A DNA stretch of 64,000 nucleotides from assembly GCA_050950505.1 (NCBI GenBank), contig JBMNHS010000001.1, positions 1,056,001 to 1,120,000 of the forward strand. The letters run 5' to 3'. Position numbers and translations under genes: made by a program. The notes below the pieces were generated by a model that was given only the letters and a program-made list of their open reading frames with translations, ran no database searches and was not told where the DNA came from. Position 1 is the first letter of the stretch. Each line of letters starts with the position of its first letter. This stretch comes from Candidatus Methanomethylophilaceae archaeon (lineage in GTDB: Archaea > Thermoplasmatota > Thermoplasmata > Methanomassiliicoccales > Methanomethylophilaceae). Shown one piece after another: positions 39,834-50,021 of the stretch.

Positions 39834-40625
39834 ATGGAGAAGGCAATGGAACTGAGGAACGTCTCGGTGGTCAGAAGCGGAAAAAAGCTTTTGGACTCCG
39901 TGAATTTGGATATCGGAGCCTCGGAAAATGTTGCCGTCATAGGCCCCAACGGTTCCGGCAAAACAACCTTGATAAAACTGCTCAGAGGGGACATCTATCC
40001 TTATTACGACGAAACAAACCCCCCCGTTATGAGAATATTCGGAGAAACCAACTGGTCGCTGTACGATGTGCGGAGCAAAATGGGCGTTGTGTCCATGGAT
40101 CTGCAAAATATGTTTTCCGACGACACGATTGTCAGGGATGTCGTACTGTCCGGATACTTCAGCAGTCTGGACATATTCAGAACCCATGAGATTTCAGATC
40201 TCATGACCGAAGGCGCGGAAAAAGCCATGGCGTATATGGGAATCGACAATCTCGCGGACCGGACTCTTGAGGGGCTTTCCTTGGGGGAGATGCGGAGAAC
40301 TCTGATTTCCAGAGCCTTGGTTACCTCCCCGAAAATGCTGGTTTTGGACGAACCCATGACGGGATTGGACATCGTCATGAAATCCAAATTCCGCAAGATG
40401 TTCGATCTTATGGCCGACACCGGAGTGAACCTGATTATGATAACCCATGACTTGACCGACATCCCGTTGTCGTTGAACAGAATCGTTATGATAAAGGACG
40501 GAAGGATTTATGCCGACGGTCCCAAATCAGAGATACTCACTTCCGAAAAGGTCAGTGAGTTGTTCGATGAACCTATTAATATCCAAAACAATAACGGAAT
40601 ATATTCCATGAGGATGGACGAATGA
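39834..40625 (+). CDS. ABC ATPase (ModF-like, stand-alone)
   Basis: GPNGSGKTT, LSLGE, LDEP, ITH. Confidence 0.88.
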   Translation: MEKAMELRNVSVVRSGKKLLDSVNLDIGASENVAVIGPNGSGKTTLIKLLRGDIYPYYDETNPPVMRIFGETNWSLYDVRSKMGVVSMDLQNMFSDDTIVRDVVLSGYFSSLDIFRTHEISDLMTEGAEKAMAYMGIDNLADRTLEGLSLGEMRRTLISRALVTSPKMLVLDEPMTGLDIVMKSKFRKMFDLMADTGVNLIMITHDLTDIPLSLNRIVMIKDGRIYADGPKSEILTSEKVSELFDEPINIQNNNGIYSMRMDE

Positions 40626-41161
40626 CGATTTACATCTGTTCCGAATGCGGAAAGGAAATTCCGCCGGATTCGGATTTCTGTTACCATTGCGGCAGCCTTA
40701 AGAGCAAGGCTTACACAATCGAATACAAGAATGACGGGTCGGTCTCGGAACAGTTTGCATGCCCGGAGTGCGGGATAATCGGTGACGAAAATACCAAATT
40801 CTGCAGACATTGCGGAGTGGAAATAGACAAGGCCGTGCCCAAGAACGTAAACCGTCCCCGTCCCGCCGCGGGCCCTTCTTACGGAGGCGGATACGGAACG
40901 ATGCCCATGCCCGTTCTTCAGAAGAACGGCGGATTCGCCATGTTCATGTCAATCATCTTCGGATTCGTCGGGATTTACGGCATCGGACATTTGATAATGA
41001 AAAAATGGTCCAGGGGACTTATGTTCCTGGCAATGTCCGCCGTGAACTGGTATATCTACATAAGTGTCGGAACCTTCCCGTTTTTCGTAATGTTGATTTC
41101 TCTGATGCTGTTCTTCAAACAGTCCATGGAAATCACGAATATAGCTTACGGGAGGTCTTGA
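40622..41161 (+). CDS. Double zinc-ribbon membrane protein
   Basis: Four CxxC, GIYGIGH (TM2-like), hydrophobic C-terminus. Confidence 0.75.
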   Translation: MTIYICSECGKEIPPDSDFCYHCGSLKSKAYTIEYKNDGSVSEQFACPECGIIGDENTKFCRHCGVEIDKAVPKNVNRPRPAAGPSYGGGYGTMPMPVLQKNGGFAMFMSIIFGFVGIYGIGHLIMKKWSRGLMFLAMSAVNWYIYISVGTFPFFVMLISLMLFFKQSMEITNIAYGRS

Positions 41162-41162
41162 G

Positions 41163-42578
41163 CTGGCCGAGGATTGGGCATCCAAATACCGTCCCTCAAC
41201 CCTCAACGACGTTCTCGGAAACCCCGGCGCCGTGGAAAGTCTGAAAAAATGGGCGGTTTCCTGGGATTCGGGAATTCCTGACAAAAGAGCCGTCATTCTG
41301 ATAGGTTCTCCGGGAATCGGAAAAACCTCCGCGGCATTGGCATTGGCTTCCGACATGGGTTGGAGCGTGGTGGAAATGAACGCTTCCGATCAAAGAACCG
41401 GACATGCCATTGAAGACGTCGCGGTCAGAGGCGCGATGTTCAACACGTTTTCCGGTACGGGAGAGTATCTGAAATCTTCCGAGGGCGGAAGAAAATTGAT
41501 CATTCTCGATGAAGCGGACAATCTCTTCGGACGGCAGGACCGAGGCGCGATTCCCGCCATAGTGAAACTTATCACGGAAACCAAACAGCCCGTCATACTC
41601 ATAGTGAATGACTTTTATGAACTGAGCCGGAGAAGTTCCACGATAAAGAACCGGACTTTGCAGATTGAATTCAGACGGCCTCAGATCAACACCGTCATAA
41701 AAACCCTGTCGAAAATCGCAAAAACCGAAGGGGTGGAGATAAAACCCGAAGCGTTGAGGTCGATAGCAGACAATGCCGCCGGGGACCTGCGGGCCGCGGT
41801 CAGCGACCTTCAGTCCATCGCCCAGGGAAAAACGAAAGTCACCGGGGATGTGTCTGAAATGCTGTCCGAAAGAGACGGCAGAAGCTCCATGTTTGATTTC
41901 GTCCACGCCGTGTTCAGAAAAAACGATCCGGGTAACGCCAGAGCCGTTCTTCATGAAACCGATTCCGACCCGGACACGGCATTGTTGTGGGTTGACGAGA
42001 ATCTTCCGTACGAATACCTGGACAAAGGAGATTTGGTAAGAGGGTACGAACGGCTCAGCCGCGCCGATATTTACCTGGGAAGGATTCACAGAAGACAGCA
42101 TTACAGATTTTGGGCTTATGCCAACGACATGCTTTCCTTCGGTGTCGCTTCCGCCAAACGTTCCAATCTGTCCGGAGGGGGACGGTTGCGTTTCCCTCAA
42201 TACCTTACAAAAATGTCCAGAAGCAGATCCGTGCGGGGCATGAAGAAAGAGATAACCCTCAAACTTGCGGTTTATCTGCACACATCCACCAAAAGGATAG
42301 AACTGGACGTTCTTCCGTACATCAGAATAATTGCGGCCAACGATGAAAAATTCAGGGTGATGCTGGTCAGAAACATCGATTTGGAGCAGGAAGAACTCGC
42401 ATTTATTCTCGGTGAAAAGACGGATGCCCCCGTTGTGGTCAAAACAATGAAAACGGCATATCCTGAAGTTGCCGGGGGGTCGAAACCGATTCCCGGAAAG
42501 AAAGAAATACCCGTCGAAACCGTGACCGTCGAAAAGCCGGTGCCGAAGGAAAATCAAAAAAGTCTGTTAGATTTCTGA
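41163..42578 (+). CDS. rfcL: Replication factor C large subunit (CTG start)
   Basis: WASKYRP, GSPGIGKT, EMNASD, DEAD, GDLRAA, WVDEN. Confidence 0.93.
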   Translation: MAEDWASKYRPSTLNDVLGNPGAVESLKKWAVSWDSGIPDKRAVILIGSPGIGKTSAALALASDMGWSVVEMNASDQRTGHAIEDVAVRGAMFNTFSGTGEYLKSSEGGRKLIILDEADNLFGRQDRGAIPAIVKLITETKQPVILIVNDFYELSRRSSTIKNRTLQIEFRRPQINTVIKTLSKIAKTEGVEIKPEALRSIADNAAGDLRAAVSDLQSIAQGKTKVTGDVSEMLSERDGRSSMFDFVHAVFRKNDPGNARAVLHETDSDPDTALLWVDENLPYEYLDKGDLVRGYERLSRADIYLGRIHRRQHYRFWAYANDMLSFGVASAKRSNLSGGGRLRFPQYLTKMSRSRSVRGMKKEITLKLAVYLHTSTKRIELDVLPYIRIIAANDEKFRVMLVRNIDLEQEELAFILGEKTDAPVVVKTMKTAYPEVAGGSKPIPGKKEIPVETVTVEKPVPKENQKSLLDF

Positions 42579-42588
42579 GGTTTGAAAT

Positions 42589-43536
42589 ATGGATCCGGAT
42601 TACAAAGCACTGCTTGAAAAACAACAGTACCGCATCTGCGGAGACCATGCCGCCGTCAAACTTTGTCATTGGCTCAAAGAGTCCATAACCGGCAGACGGA
42701 ACTGTTACAAACAGGATTTTTACGGCATAACGAGTCACAGATGCCTTCAGATGACTCCTGCAATCAATGAATGCAGTCACCAGTGTTCTTTCTGCTGGAG
42801 GGTTCAGGAGCACGATTACGAAGTGACCGATTGGATGGAACCCGCCGAAATGCTCGATTGTCTCATAGAACGTCAACGGGAGCTCATAACGGGATACAAG
42901 GGAGATTCCAGAGTTACCTCCGAAGCTTTCGAAGAAGCCGGCAATCCCGATCAGATTGCCGTTTCATTGGCCGGGGAACCAATAACCTACCCTTATCTCT
43001 CGGACCTGTTCAAAGAATGTCACCGGAGGGGAATGACGACGTTTCTCGTGACCAACGGCACATACCCGGAAAGACTGGAAGCTCTGGACGAATTGCCCTG
43101 CCAACTCTACGTGACCGTCGCCGCACCGGATGAGGAAACCTACCGCAAAATATGCCGGCCGAAAATAAACGACGGATGGGAACGCATCATGGAAACATTG
43201 GATCTGATGCCGTCCCTTGACACCAGAACCGTGATAAGACACACTTTGGTGGACGGTCTGAACCTGCATGATGTCGAAGGGTACGCCGCGTTGGACAACC
43301 GGGCGGAACCGGATCTGATAGAACCCAAGGGATACGTGTTCGTCGGAGGTTCCAGACAGCGTTTGTCCATGTCCAACATGCCGTCTTTCGACAAAATCAG
43401 GGAATTCTCAGCAGAACTGGGAGAACTGACCGATATGAAAATCCTCATGGAAAAAGCCGACAGCAGAGTTCTGTTGTTGGGTCCCGAAGGGATAGACACC
43501 GACGTCAGAAGAGTGAACGCTCACCGCTTCAAGTGA
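42589..43536 (+). CDS. tyw1: 4-demethylwyosine synthase (radical SAM)
   Basis: VKLCHW, CYKQDFYGI.SHRC, CSHQCSFCWR, SLAGEP, EPKGY. Confidence 0.93.
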   Translation: MDPDYKALLEKQQYRICGDHAAVKLCHWLKESITGRRNCYKQDFYGITSHRCLQMTPAINECSHQCSFCWRVQEHDYEVTDWMEPAEMLDCLIERQRELITGYKGDSRVTSEAFEEAGNPDQIAVSLAGEPITYPYLSDLFKECHRRGMTTFLVTNGTYPERLEALDELPCQLYVTVAAPDEETYRKICRPKINDGWERIMETLDLMPSLDTRTVIRHTLVDGLNLHDVEGYAALDNRAEPDLIEPKGYVFVGGSRQRLSMSNMPSFDKIREFSAELGELTDMKILMEKADSRVLLLGPEGIDTDVRRVNAHRFK

Positions 43537-43543
43537 GTCCGGT

Positions 43544-44347
43544 TCAGGATTTGTCGTTCATGACGTCGTCGTAAAGCGACATGACGTACTGATTGAAATA
43601 CATGTTTTCGGCCTTGGCCAGAGCTCGGATTATATCCGTGGTTCCGGAACCGTATTGGGAGGATTTCTTCTTTCTGCCGGCTATTGTGTCGAAGCCCAGA
43701 TCCGCCGCGATTTCTTTCAGGACGGTTTTACGGGAATCCATATCCTTGGGCCGGAGTTCGGAAGGGTCGATCTGATTCAGTTCCGCCAACACTCCCGTGT
43801 TCAGATACGGATACACTATCTCCTGTCCGAAATGGGAAACGATTTTTTTTTCGCAGGGAACCGACACGTTCAGCAATCTGTCGACTCCGTCCCGGACAAG
43901 AAGGGAATATTCGGGATCCGGGCAGTCAACGTATTTGGCGCATCCGATGAAGAATTCGTCACAGCCCTGCCCGGAAAGAATGGTTTTCTCTTTTGCGGTT
44001 CTGCATACGGAATAGAGTTGAAGTTCGTAGGTAATCGTGAACGGATCCGATATTTCGAAATATTCGATCATTTCCCGTATCAGGGATTCCACGTTGTCTT
44101 CGGATATTTTGACGTGAATCCACGGCAAACCGAGCTCTTCGGCAAGTTCTTCGGCCATAAGAGTGTCATAAGACGTGTCGGTTCCGCAGGTGTACAGCGT
44201 AACCGAATCCGCGCAATCCCCGGCCAAAGCCGAAACAAGACCGGAATCCAATCCTCCGGAGAAGGCAACGCCCACATCTTTGCCTTCACATCCGTCCTTG
44301 ACGGCTTTGATGATGGAATCCCGCAGTTTACCGTATCTGAATGTCAT
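43544..44347 (-). CDS. Asparagine synthase C-terminal (PP-loop) domain protein
   Basis: FSGGLDS, SGQGCDE, KKSSQYGSG; no glutaminase domain. Confidence 0.8.
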   Translation of the reverse strand: MTFRYGKLRDSIIKAVKDGCEGKDVGVAFSGGLDSGLVSALAGDCADSVTLYTCGTDTSYDTLMAEELAEELGLPWIHVKISEDNVESLIREMIEYFEISDPFTITYELQLYSVCRTAKEKTILSGQGCDEFFIGCAKYVDCPDPEYSLLVRDGVDRLLNVSVPCEKKIVSHFGQEIVYPYLNTGVLAELNQIDPSELRPKDMDSRKTVLKEIAADLGFDTIAGRKKKSSQYGSGTTDIIRALAKAENMYFNQYVMSLYDDVMNDKS

Positions 44348-44396
44348 TTGCAGAATACCTTTATCCCGAAGGGCTGATAAATCTTGGGTTTGAAAT

Positions 44397-44765
44397 TCAC
44401 TGTTTCTCTTCGACGAACTGAACCGTGACCCCGTTAGGGTCGGAAACCATGAAGAAACTCAGACCCGGCGAGGGGGACACGGGACCGGATACAATCGGTA
44501 TTTTGTTCATCTTAATTTTTTCAAGCATGCCTTCAAGGGAATCCACTCTCAGGCCGACGGAAATGCCTTTGGTGTTTTTTACGGTTGCATAACCCTTCCG
44601 GCATAACAGTTCAACCTTCGCGGATTCGGGATCGCCCAGCATCGCAATGTCGGTGTTTTCGTCGGGACTGAATCTCGAATCTATTTTCAATCCCGCAATT
44701 TCCGTATAGAATTTCAGAGATTCTTCCATTTTTTCGGTTGTTATTGTAATCCAGCACAGACTCAT
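44397..44765 (-). CDS. VOC/glyoxalase family protein
   Basis: SLKFYT, VEL, DPNGVTVQF. Confidence 0.88.
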   Translation of the reverse strand: MSLCWITITTEKMEESLKFYTEIAGLKIDSRFSPDENTDIAMLGDPESAKVELLCRKGYATVKNTKGISVGLRVDSLEGMLEKIKMNKIPIVSGPVSPSPGLSFFMVSDPNGVTVQFVEEKQ

Positions 44766-44827
44766 GGCATGATATCACGTAGTCTTTACATAATCGTAAT
44801 GTACGGTAAAAACAAAATCGGTTTGAT

Positions 44828-44844
44828 GCGGGGCATTGCCCCGC
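44828..44844. terminator. GC-rich inverted repeat, probable terminator of flavodoxin gene
   Basis: GCGGGGCA-T-TGCCCCGC. Confidence 0.5.
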
Positions 44845-44854
44845 TTAAATGTTT

Positions 44855-45403
44855 TCAGAACTTCTTTCCGAGTTCTTTTGCCTGATTGAGGATGTCCCGA
44901 TCCTTGGATGCGGCGTCTTTGTCGCCCGAATCCTTGAACACTATGGAACCCACCGGCCCGGCGGAGAAGTATTTCTGGAAAACGAAGTTCATGTGGTCCG
45001 CTTCCTTCTGGGCGTCTTCGGTGTCAGCGCCGCAGGTGACCACGGCAACGACCTTCTTACCGGCGGGAATGTTGCTTCCGTTGGGTCCGATTGCGGAGTA
45101 AAGACGGTCTTCGAAAACACGGTACTGTGCGCAGGTCTGTCCGAAATACAAGGGCGCCGTGAGAATTACGCCGTCACAGTCCCTGATGTCATCGATAAGT
45201 GCGGAAATACCGTCTTTCTGGATGCATCTGTCGTGAATTTTACAGTAATTGCAGGCCTCACAGGGTTTCATTTCCATATCTTTCATATGGACGAATCTTA
45301 CTTTTTTTCCGTTCTCTTCAGCGCCTTCGGCGATGGATCTTGCTATGGTTTCAGAATTGCAGCCGGTTCTGGGGCTGCTTATAATTGCGATAATTTCTGA
45401 CAT
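44855..45403 (-). CDS. Iron-sulfur flavoprotein (flavodoxin family)
   Basis: SSPR, CEACNYC..C, PLYF. Confidence 0.88.
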   Translation of the reverse strand: MSEIIAIISSPRTGCNSETIARSIAEGAEENGKKVRFVHMKDMEMKPCEACNYCKIHDRCIQKDGISALIDDIRDCDGVILTAPLYFGQTCAQYRVFEDRLYSAIGPNGSNIPAGKKVVAVVTCGADTEDAQKEADHMNFVFQKYFSAGPVGSIVFKDSGDKDAASKDRDILNQAKELGKKF

Positions 45404-45478
45404 ATATATCCCCGGGCTCTCGCCCAAACATATTATGAGGCGTATGATTTAATATCCTTTTGATATCTGTTTCATATT

Positions 45479-45826
45479 ATGAAAGACTCTGTCCGTTTCA
45501 ATTGTGCCGTGGACGGAGTCATGTCCGTCATCGGAGGAAAGTGGAAAACAACCATACTTTGTCTGTTGTCTCAGAAGGAAAGACTCAGATTTTCCCAATT
45601 GAAAAGAAGCATTCCGCCGATTTCCCCGAGGGTGTTGAGCAAACAGCTGAAAGAACTGGCGGAGGACGGCATAATAATGAGGGTAGAGGTGAAGGACAGC
45701 TCCTATCACGTTGAGTATTCCCTGACGGAGAAAGGGAAATCCCTCCGGCCGGTATTGGAATGCATGGCAGGTTGGGGATTGAAAAATCTGATGAATCCCG
45801 TCATAGAAATCGATGAAGAGCCGTGA
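45479..45826 (+). CDS. HxlR-family transcriptional regulator
   Basis: CAV..IGGKWK, LRFSQL, LSKQLKEL, VEYSLT. Confidence 0.92.
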   Translation: MKDSVRFNCAVDGVMSVIGGKWKTTILCLLSQKERLRFSQLKRSIPPISPRVLSKQLKELAEDGIIMRVEVKDSSYHVEYSLTEKGKSLRPVLECMAGWGLKNLMNPVIEIDEEP

Positions 45827-45885
45827 TTTTTGATTCTGTGCCGTAATCTGTTTTAATATCTGCATTTGAATACGGGACTGATAAG

Positions 45886-46821
45886 ATGAGTTACAGGGTC
45901 GATATCATAAGCACCGAAAGGGTGCGCGAACTCAAAGAAAGATATTCCGACAGGAATTTTTACACATCCAAAGCGGACATCGGAGGCATCTGCTTCCAAC
46001 TGTACACGGAAAACAGAAAATACATAGAAATGTGGACCGAGAACTTCTATTCCATGGGCGACAGGGTACATTCCCATGCCAGAGCCTACGAAGTATCGGA
46101 TCCCGACGAGGAACCCCATGTGGATTACGACCCTCTGTCCGCCACGGCTTTCATCTACAATTTTGATTATTACGGATGGGTCAAGAGCATAGCGCTGGGA
46201 GTGACCGGAAACCTTCTTGAAGACGTTCACGACATCTATTCCATACACGGCGCCGCCATAGACATCGACGGCTCCGGAGTGACTCTGATCGCGCCCTCCA
46301 AAACCGGAAAAACCACCCAGTCCTGGGGATTGCTGAGAATGCCCAACGCCCATCTGATTTCCGATGATTGGTATTTCGTCGTTCTAGGAAAAGGAAGGCC
46401 GGCCGCATTGGCCTCGGAGAAGAACTGTTACATCGATGCGGACATCGGCGACGTTTGGGAAGAATACAGGCCTCTTGTCGCATGTACCGAATTCGACAAC
46501 AAAGGAAGATGTGTGGCCAACATCAGGTGGATTCACGGAAACTCCGCGGTGATGCCCTCGACTTCCATCAGAACAATCATATTCCTGAAACGCGACCCCG
46601 AAGATCCGCGTTTCGAAGTCGAACTCAACACCGAGGAAGCCATCGAATATATGCTGGAAAACGATTTCTGCAATCCTCATCAGATGGTCTGCAACGAGTA
46701 CAAGAGAAACCTCAGAGTCGGTTTCCTGAGGGAATATTTCGACAAGTGCAAAATATTCCTGATAAACACCACCACGCCCGCGGAAGAAACTCAGGAAAGA
46801 ATCCGCGAACTCATAAAGTGA
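45886..46821 (+). CDS. HPr kinase/PEPCK-like P-loop protein
   Basis: HGAA, APSKTGKTT, ISDDW. Confidence 0.7.
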   Translation: MSYRVDIISTERVRELKERYSDRNFYTSKADIGGICFQLYTENRKYIEMWTENFYSMGDRVHSHARAYEVSDPDEEPHVDYDPLSATAFIYNFDYYGWVKSIALGVTGNLLEDVHDIYSIHGAAIDIDGSGVTLIAPSKTGKTTQSWGLLRMPNAHLISDDWYFVVLGKGRPAALASEKNCYIDADIGDVWEEYRPLVACTEFDNKGRCVANIRWIHGNSAVMPSTSIRTIIFLKRDPEDPRFEVELNTEEAIEYMLENDFCNPHQMVCNEYKRNLRVGFLREYFDKCKIFLINTTTPAEETQERIRELIK

Positions 46822-47509
46822 TTCCGTTACGGAGTTTCACCGGAATTCTTTCGGCAAGCTCCATGGAATCTTCGGTCACCCTGCAGGTGTATGCGACAAC
46901 GTCCACACCTGCTTCGACCGCTTCTTCCACGGCGACGGCGAATTCTTCGTGCATGTCGTAATTCGGCATGAAATAATCCGCCCGGTCCATCTGCACGACG
47001 AACACCGCCGATGCTTTGAATCCCTGATCTATCAGCGACGCAAGGCCTTTGAGATGCTTTACCCCCCGTCCCGTGGGAGCGTCGGGAAACAGCGTGACGC
47101 CGTCATCTTCCAAAGTCACGCCTTTGACTTCGGTGTATATCTTTTCCCCGTCCTTCTCCACAAGAAAATCGAATCTGGAGTCTCCGCAGGTCGCTTCCGG
47201 CTTAACCGTGACGGGCACGTCGTAAATCCTGCCGTCGTTCAGCGCTTCGCCGTAAACTTTGTTGGGAGCCTGGGAATCTATGTTTATGAGAAGATCTCCT
47301 TTGTAAGCGGCGACGAGATCGAAAGCGGTTTTTCTGTCCGGGTTGTCCGAATGGGCCAGAACGGCTTTCGCGCCCGGTACGAGTATTTCTTTGCAACGGC
47401 CGGTGTTTTTCACGTGTGCCGTCACGGTTTCACCGTTCAGGTCGGCTTTCGCTATGAATCTGTTCGGTCTTTCCAAAAACGTGGCTTCCGACACTTTCGT
47501 ATATCTCAT
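46811..47509 (-). CDS. sfsA: DNA/RNA nuclease SfsA
   Basis: RPNRF, NTGR, SRFDF, EVKGVTL, FPDAPTGRGVKHL. Confidence 0.93.
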   Translation of the reverse strand: MRYTKVSEATFLERPNRFIAKADLNGETVTAHVKNTGRCKEILVPGAKAVLAHSDNPDRKTAFDLVAAYKGDLLINIDSQAPNKVYGEALNDGRIYDVPVTVKPEATCGDSRFDFLVEKDGEKIYTEVKGVTLEDDGVTLFPDAPTGRGVKHLKGLASLIDQGFKASAVFVVQMDRADYFMPNYDMHEEFAVAVEEAVEAGVDVVAYTCRVTEDSMELAERIPVKLRNGITL

Positions 47510-48075
47510 TTCAGCCAACTCAATATTTTCAGATCGTTTCTCGGTGTGACGGGATTTTCCTCGGCGGGAACGCCGAGAGCCAAGGCGGTTATGTATGTGT
47601 AATCGCCGGGAACGTTCAGGTCGGCCCTGAAACTGCTGTCACGGCCCAAACCCTGAGCGAATCCTATGAAACAGGTACCGTAACCCATGGAATGTGCGGC
47701 AAGAGTGATGTTCTGTGCGGCTATGGCCCCGTCTTCAACGGGTTTGACCCCTTCGGGGGATGAGAATATGAATATCTGCACGGGGGAATTGAAAAAAACA
47801 TTGTAATTCTCGTCGGAAAGTATTCTGATGAGCTTTTCGCTGGGCTCGCTCTTCATTCCTTCCCCTTCAATTCTGAGTGTTTTTGCCCGATCGGAATATT
47901 CTTTCGCTTTATCCCGATTTTTGACAACGGCAAAGGCCAACGCCTGTTTGTTCATGGCGTTCGGACCGCGGAACCCGAGATTGAGAAGCTTCATAATCAC
48001 CTCATCGGGAATCTCCTCGTCTTTGTAATTCCTGACGGAGGTACGGGTGTTTATACACTCAATGACCTGATTCAT
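47506..48075 (-). CDS. Nitroreductase family protein
   Basis: RTSVRNY, PNAMNKQ, AAQNITLAAHSMGYGTC. Confidence 0.9.
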   Translation of the reverse strand: MNQVIECINTRTSVRNYKDEEIPDEVIMKLLNLGFRGPNAMNKQALAFAVVKNRDKAKEYSDRAKTLRIEGEGMKSEPSEKLIRILSDENYNVFFNSPVQIFIFSSPEGVKPVEDGAIAAQNITLAAHSMGYGTCFIGFAQGLGRDSSFRADLNVPGDYTYITALALGVPAEENPVTPRNDLKILSWLK

Positions 48076-48158
48076 GATTCCGTATTGTGACTTTATGTTA
48101 ATACTGATTGTCATGGTTGGCGGCAATGTTTACGAAACATCGCATACCGCCGTTGTGA

Positions 48159-48788
48159 TCAACCGATTTGATTTTTGATCAAGGCGTACCCTCTTTCATA
48201 TTTGCTGTCGGTGACCGGAGTCATTCCGAAGGAAGATTTCAAAGTCGAAATGAAATTTCTCAGGTCTTCCGAATATTCTATGACGCCTCTCATGGATTCG
48301 ATTTCCACTTCCGCAAATGATTGGACTTCGGCACCGTCGGAGGGATTTATGAATTTGCAGTTGTCTATGCATACGGTGTAATACAACTCGGTGCTCAACA
48401 TCCATCTGTGGGTTTCAAGGGTGAGGACATGGAGTATTTCCCCATCATAATCCGGGAAGACCTGATTGACGACGTTTCGAATGGCTTCTTCGTTGGAATC
48501 CACAATCGATCCTTCGTATTCGTTTCTTGTCAGAATTCCGTCCTCGTCGGAAATGAAGGTTTTGAAGGTAAATCTGCGTTTCCCGTCATTGAATTCCCTG
48601 ACCCTCAATGAACCCGAAGTGGAATAAAGTATTCCGTCGGGAGTGTCGTAATAAAAATCGGTGTAATGTTCCGAAATGAAAACTTTGCTGCCGAAAATGA
48701 AGGGGTTCGATAACGTATTTGACATTATACCGGCGGAATCCCCGTCAACCAAGGTCAGTTTTATTTCACGTTCGATTTCTGATTCCAT
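48159..48788 (-). CDS. CYTH domain protein
   Basis: EREIK, DFYYDT, LRVR, EVEIE, SKYERG. Confidence 0.85.
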   Translation of the reverse strand: MESEIEREIKLTLVDGDSAGIMSNTLSNPFIFGSKVFISEHYTDFYYDTPDGILYSTSGSLRVREFNDGKRRFTFKTFISDEDGILTRNEYEGSIVDSNEEAIRNVVNQVFPDYDGEILHVLTLETHRWMLSTELYYTVCIDNCKFINPSDGAEVQSFAEVEIESMRGVIEYSEDLRNFISTLKSSFGMTPVTDSKYERGYALIKNQIG

Positions 48789-48890
48789 AGACGCGAATGG
48801 GCTTTGATGGATATTTGTTTATCTTCGATATTGTGAATTTTATATCATCAGAAAGACAAATCATGCATAAATGCGGAGAGAGAAGGTTAA

Positions 48891-48978
48891 TGGCGCGGAG
48901 AGAGGGATTTGAACCCCCGAGGCAGAATGCCACCGGTTTTCAAGACCGGCGCCGTGGTCCGGGCTTAGCTATCTCCGC
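48891..48978 (-). tRNA. tRNA-Ser (anticodon TGA)
   Basis: GCGGAGA acceptor, CCGGT-CTTGAAA-ACCGG, long variable arm, GGTTCAAATCC, GCCA end. Confidence 0.95.
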
Positions 48979-49056
48979 TTGGACGAATAATAAAGGATGC
49001 CATATTTAACCGACACTGCTGAGATGCCGTCCCCGGGGCAAATCGACAACCGCATC

Positions 49057-49995
49057 TCACTGTGCCGCGCCGTCATGCGACGCGTCGGTATGCGGCCATA
49101 TCCTGTCTCCGTAGCTCGTGAAAATGGAAAACCATACGGATTCCATAACCAGGGATATCGCTCCCGGAACGGCGGCTTCGGGCATCCCGGTAAGCAGTAC
49201 CATGCTCAGCGAAGTGGCCATCCCCGAATTTTTCCAAACGGAGAACAGCACATAGATCAAACCCATGTCGCGATTGACGCCTTTGTGTTTCAACAGATAT
49301 GTCAGCAAAAATCCCAAAACGAAGGTTCTGATTATGCAGACCAGGATGATCCAGAATATTATGTCCGCCTGCGACAGGATGTAATCCCGGTTGGAACCCA
49401 ACGCAAGGAAGAGAAGGGTTGCCATCATCGCGTTTATGAAAATCAGTCTCCCCTTCGCCGGCAGGCTGCGGTGTTTCAGAGCCTGTGACGCAATCAGGGG
49501 AATGCCGATGAACAGCAGAATGTATTTCAGAACTTCAAGAGGGCTTATCGCCGAACCGATGAGAACCCAACTTATCAGAGGCGTTACCGCCAATGCCGCA
49601 ACATATATCGCACCGGTCATCAGCACCGTGGCTTTCGTGTCTCCTTTAAAGTACAGAGAAGCCGAAACCACCGATACGGCGGACGGAACGGCCGCAAGCA
49701 TGACCCAGCCATACCATAAAGCGGAACTGATCGGTATGAAAAACGAACCGAACAGTATCGTGATTCCCGAATTGACGAGGAAACAGCAAACCAACCCCCA
49801 CATCATCGGTTTTCCGTATTCGGATAAATCACCCTTCACAAAGGACAGTCCTTTCAAAGAAACCGTCATCTGAACAATGAGGACGACTATCATGATTGTC
49901 GAAGCCTGATCTCCAACGGGACCCACGATAAGTCCGGCGATGAATCCGAAAGCTATCCAGATTCTCAGGTCGCCAAGAGCGTCAACAACCGCCAT
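49057..49995 (-). CDS. Bile acid:Na+ symporter (BASS/Acr3-like) transporter
   Basis: ~10 TM, AAVPSAVS, KNSGMA. Confidence 0.8.
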   Translation of the reverse strand: MAVVDALGDLRIWIAFGFIAGLIVGPVGDQASTIMIVVLIVQMTVSLKGLSFVKGDLSEYGKPMMWGLVCCFLVNSGITILFGSFFIPISSALWYGWVMLAAVPSAVSVVSASLYFKGDTKATVLMTGAIYVAALAVTPLISWVLIGSAISPLEVLKYILLFIGIPLIASQALKHRSLPAKGRLIFINAMMATLLFLALGSNRDYILSQADIIFWIILVCIIRTFVLGFLLTYLLKHKGVNRDMGLIYVLFSVWKNSGMATSLSMVLLTGMPEAAVPGAISLVMESVWFSIFTSYGDRIWPHTDASHDGAAQ

Positions 49996-50021
49996 GTACG
50001 GCAGTCAAGTTCACCGAGGAT

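Noticed and set aside
41142-41144. In-frame TAG upstream of rfcL as a Pyl site
   Set aside because: Lies inside the previous gene; CTG with perfect SD explains the start
48891-48978. tRNA-Sec given nearby SelB-like gene
   Set aside because: Anticodon is TGA (Ser), not TCA; normal 7-bp acceptor
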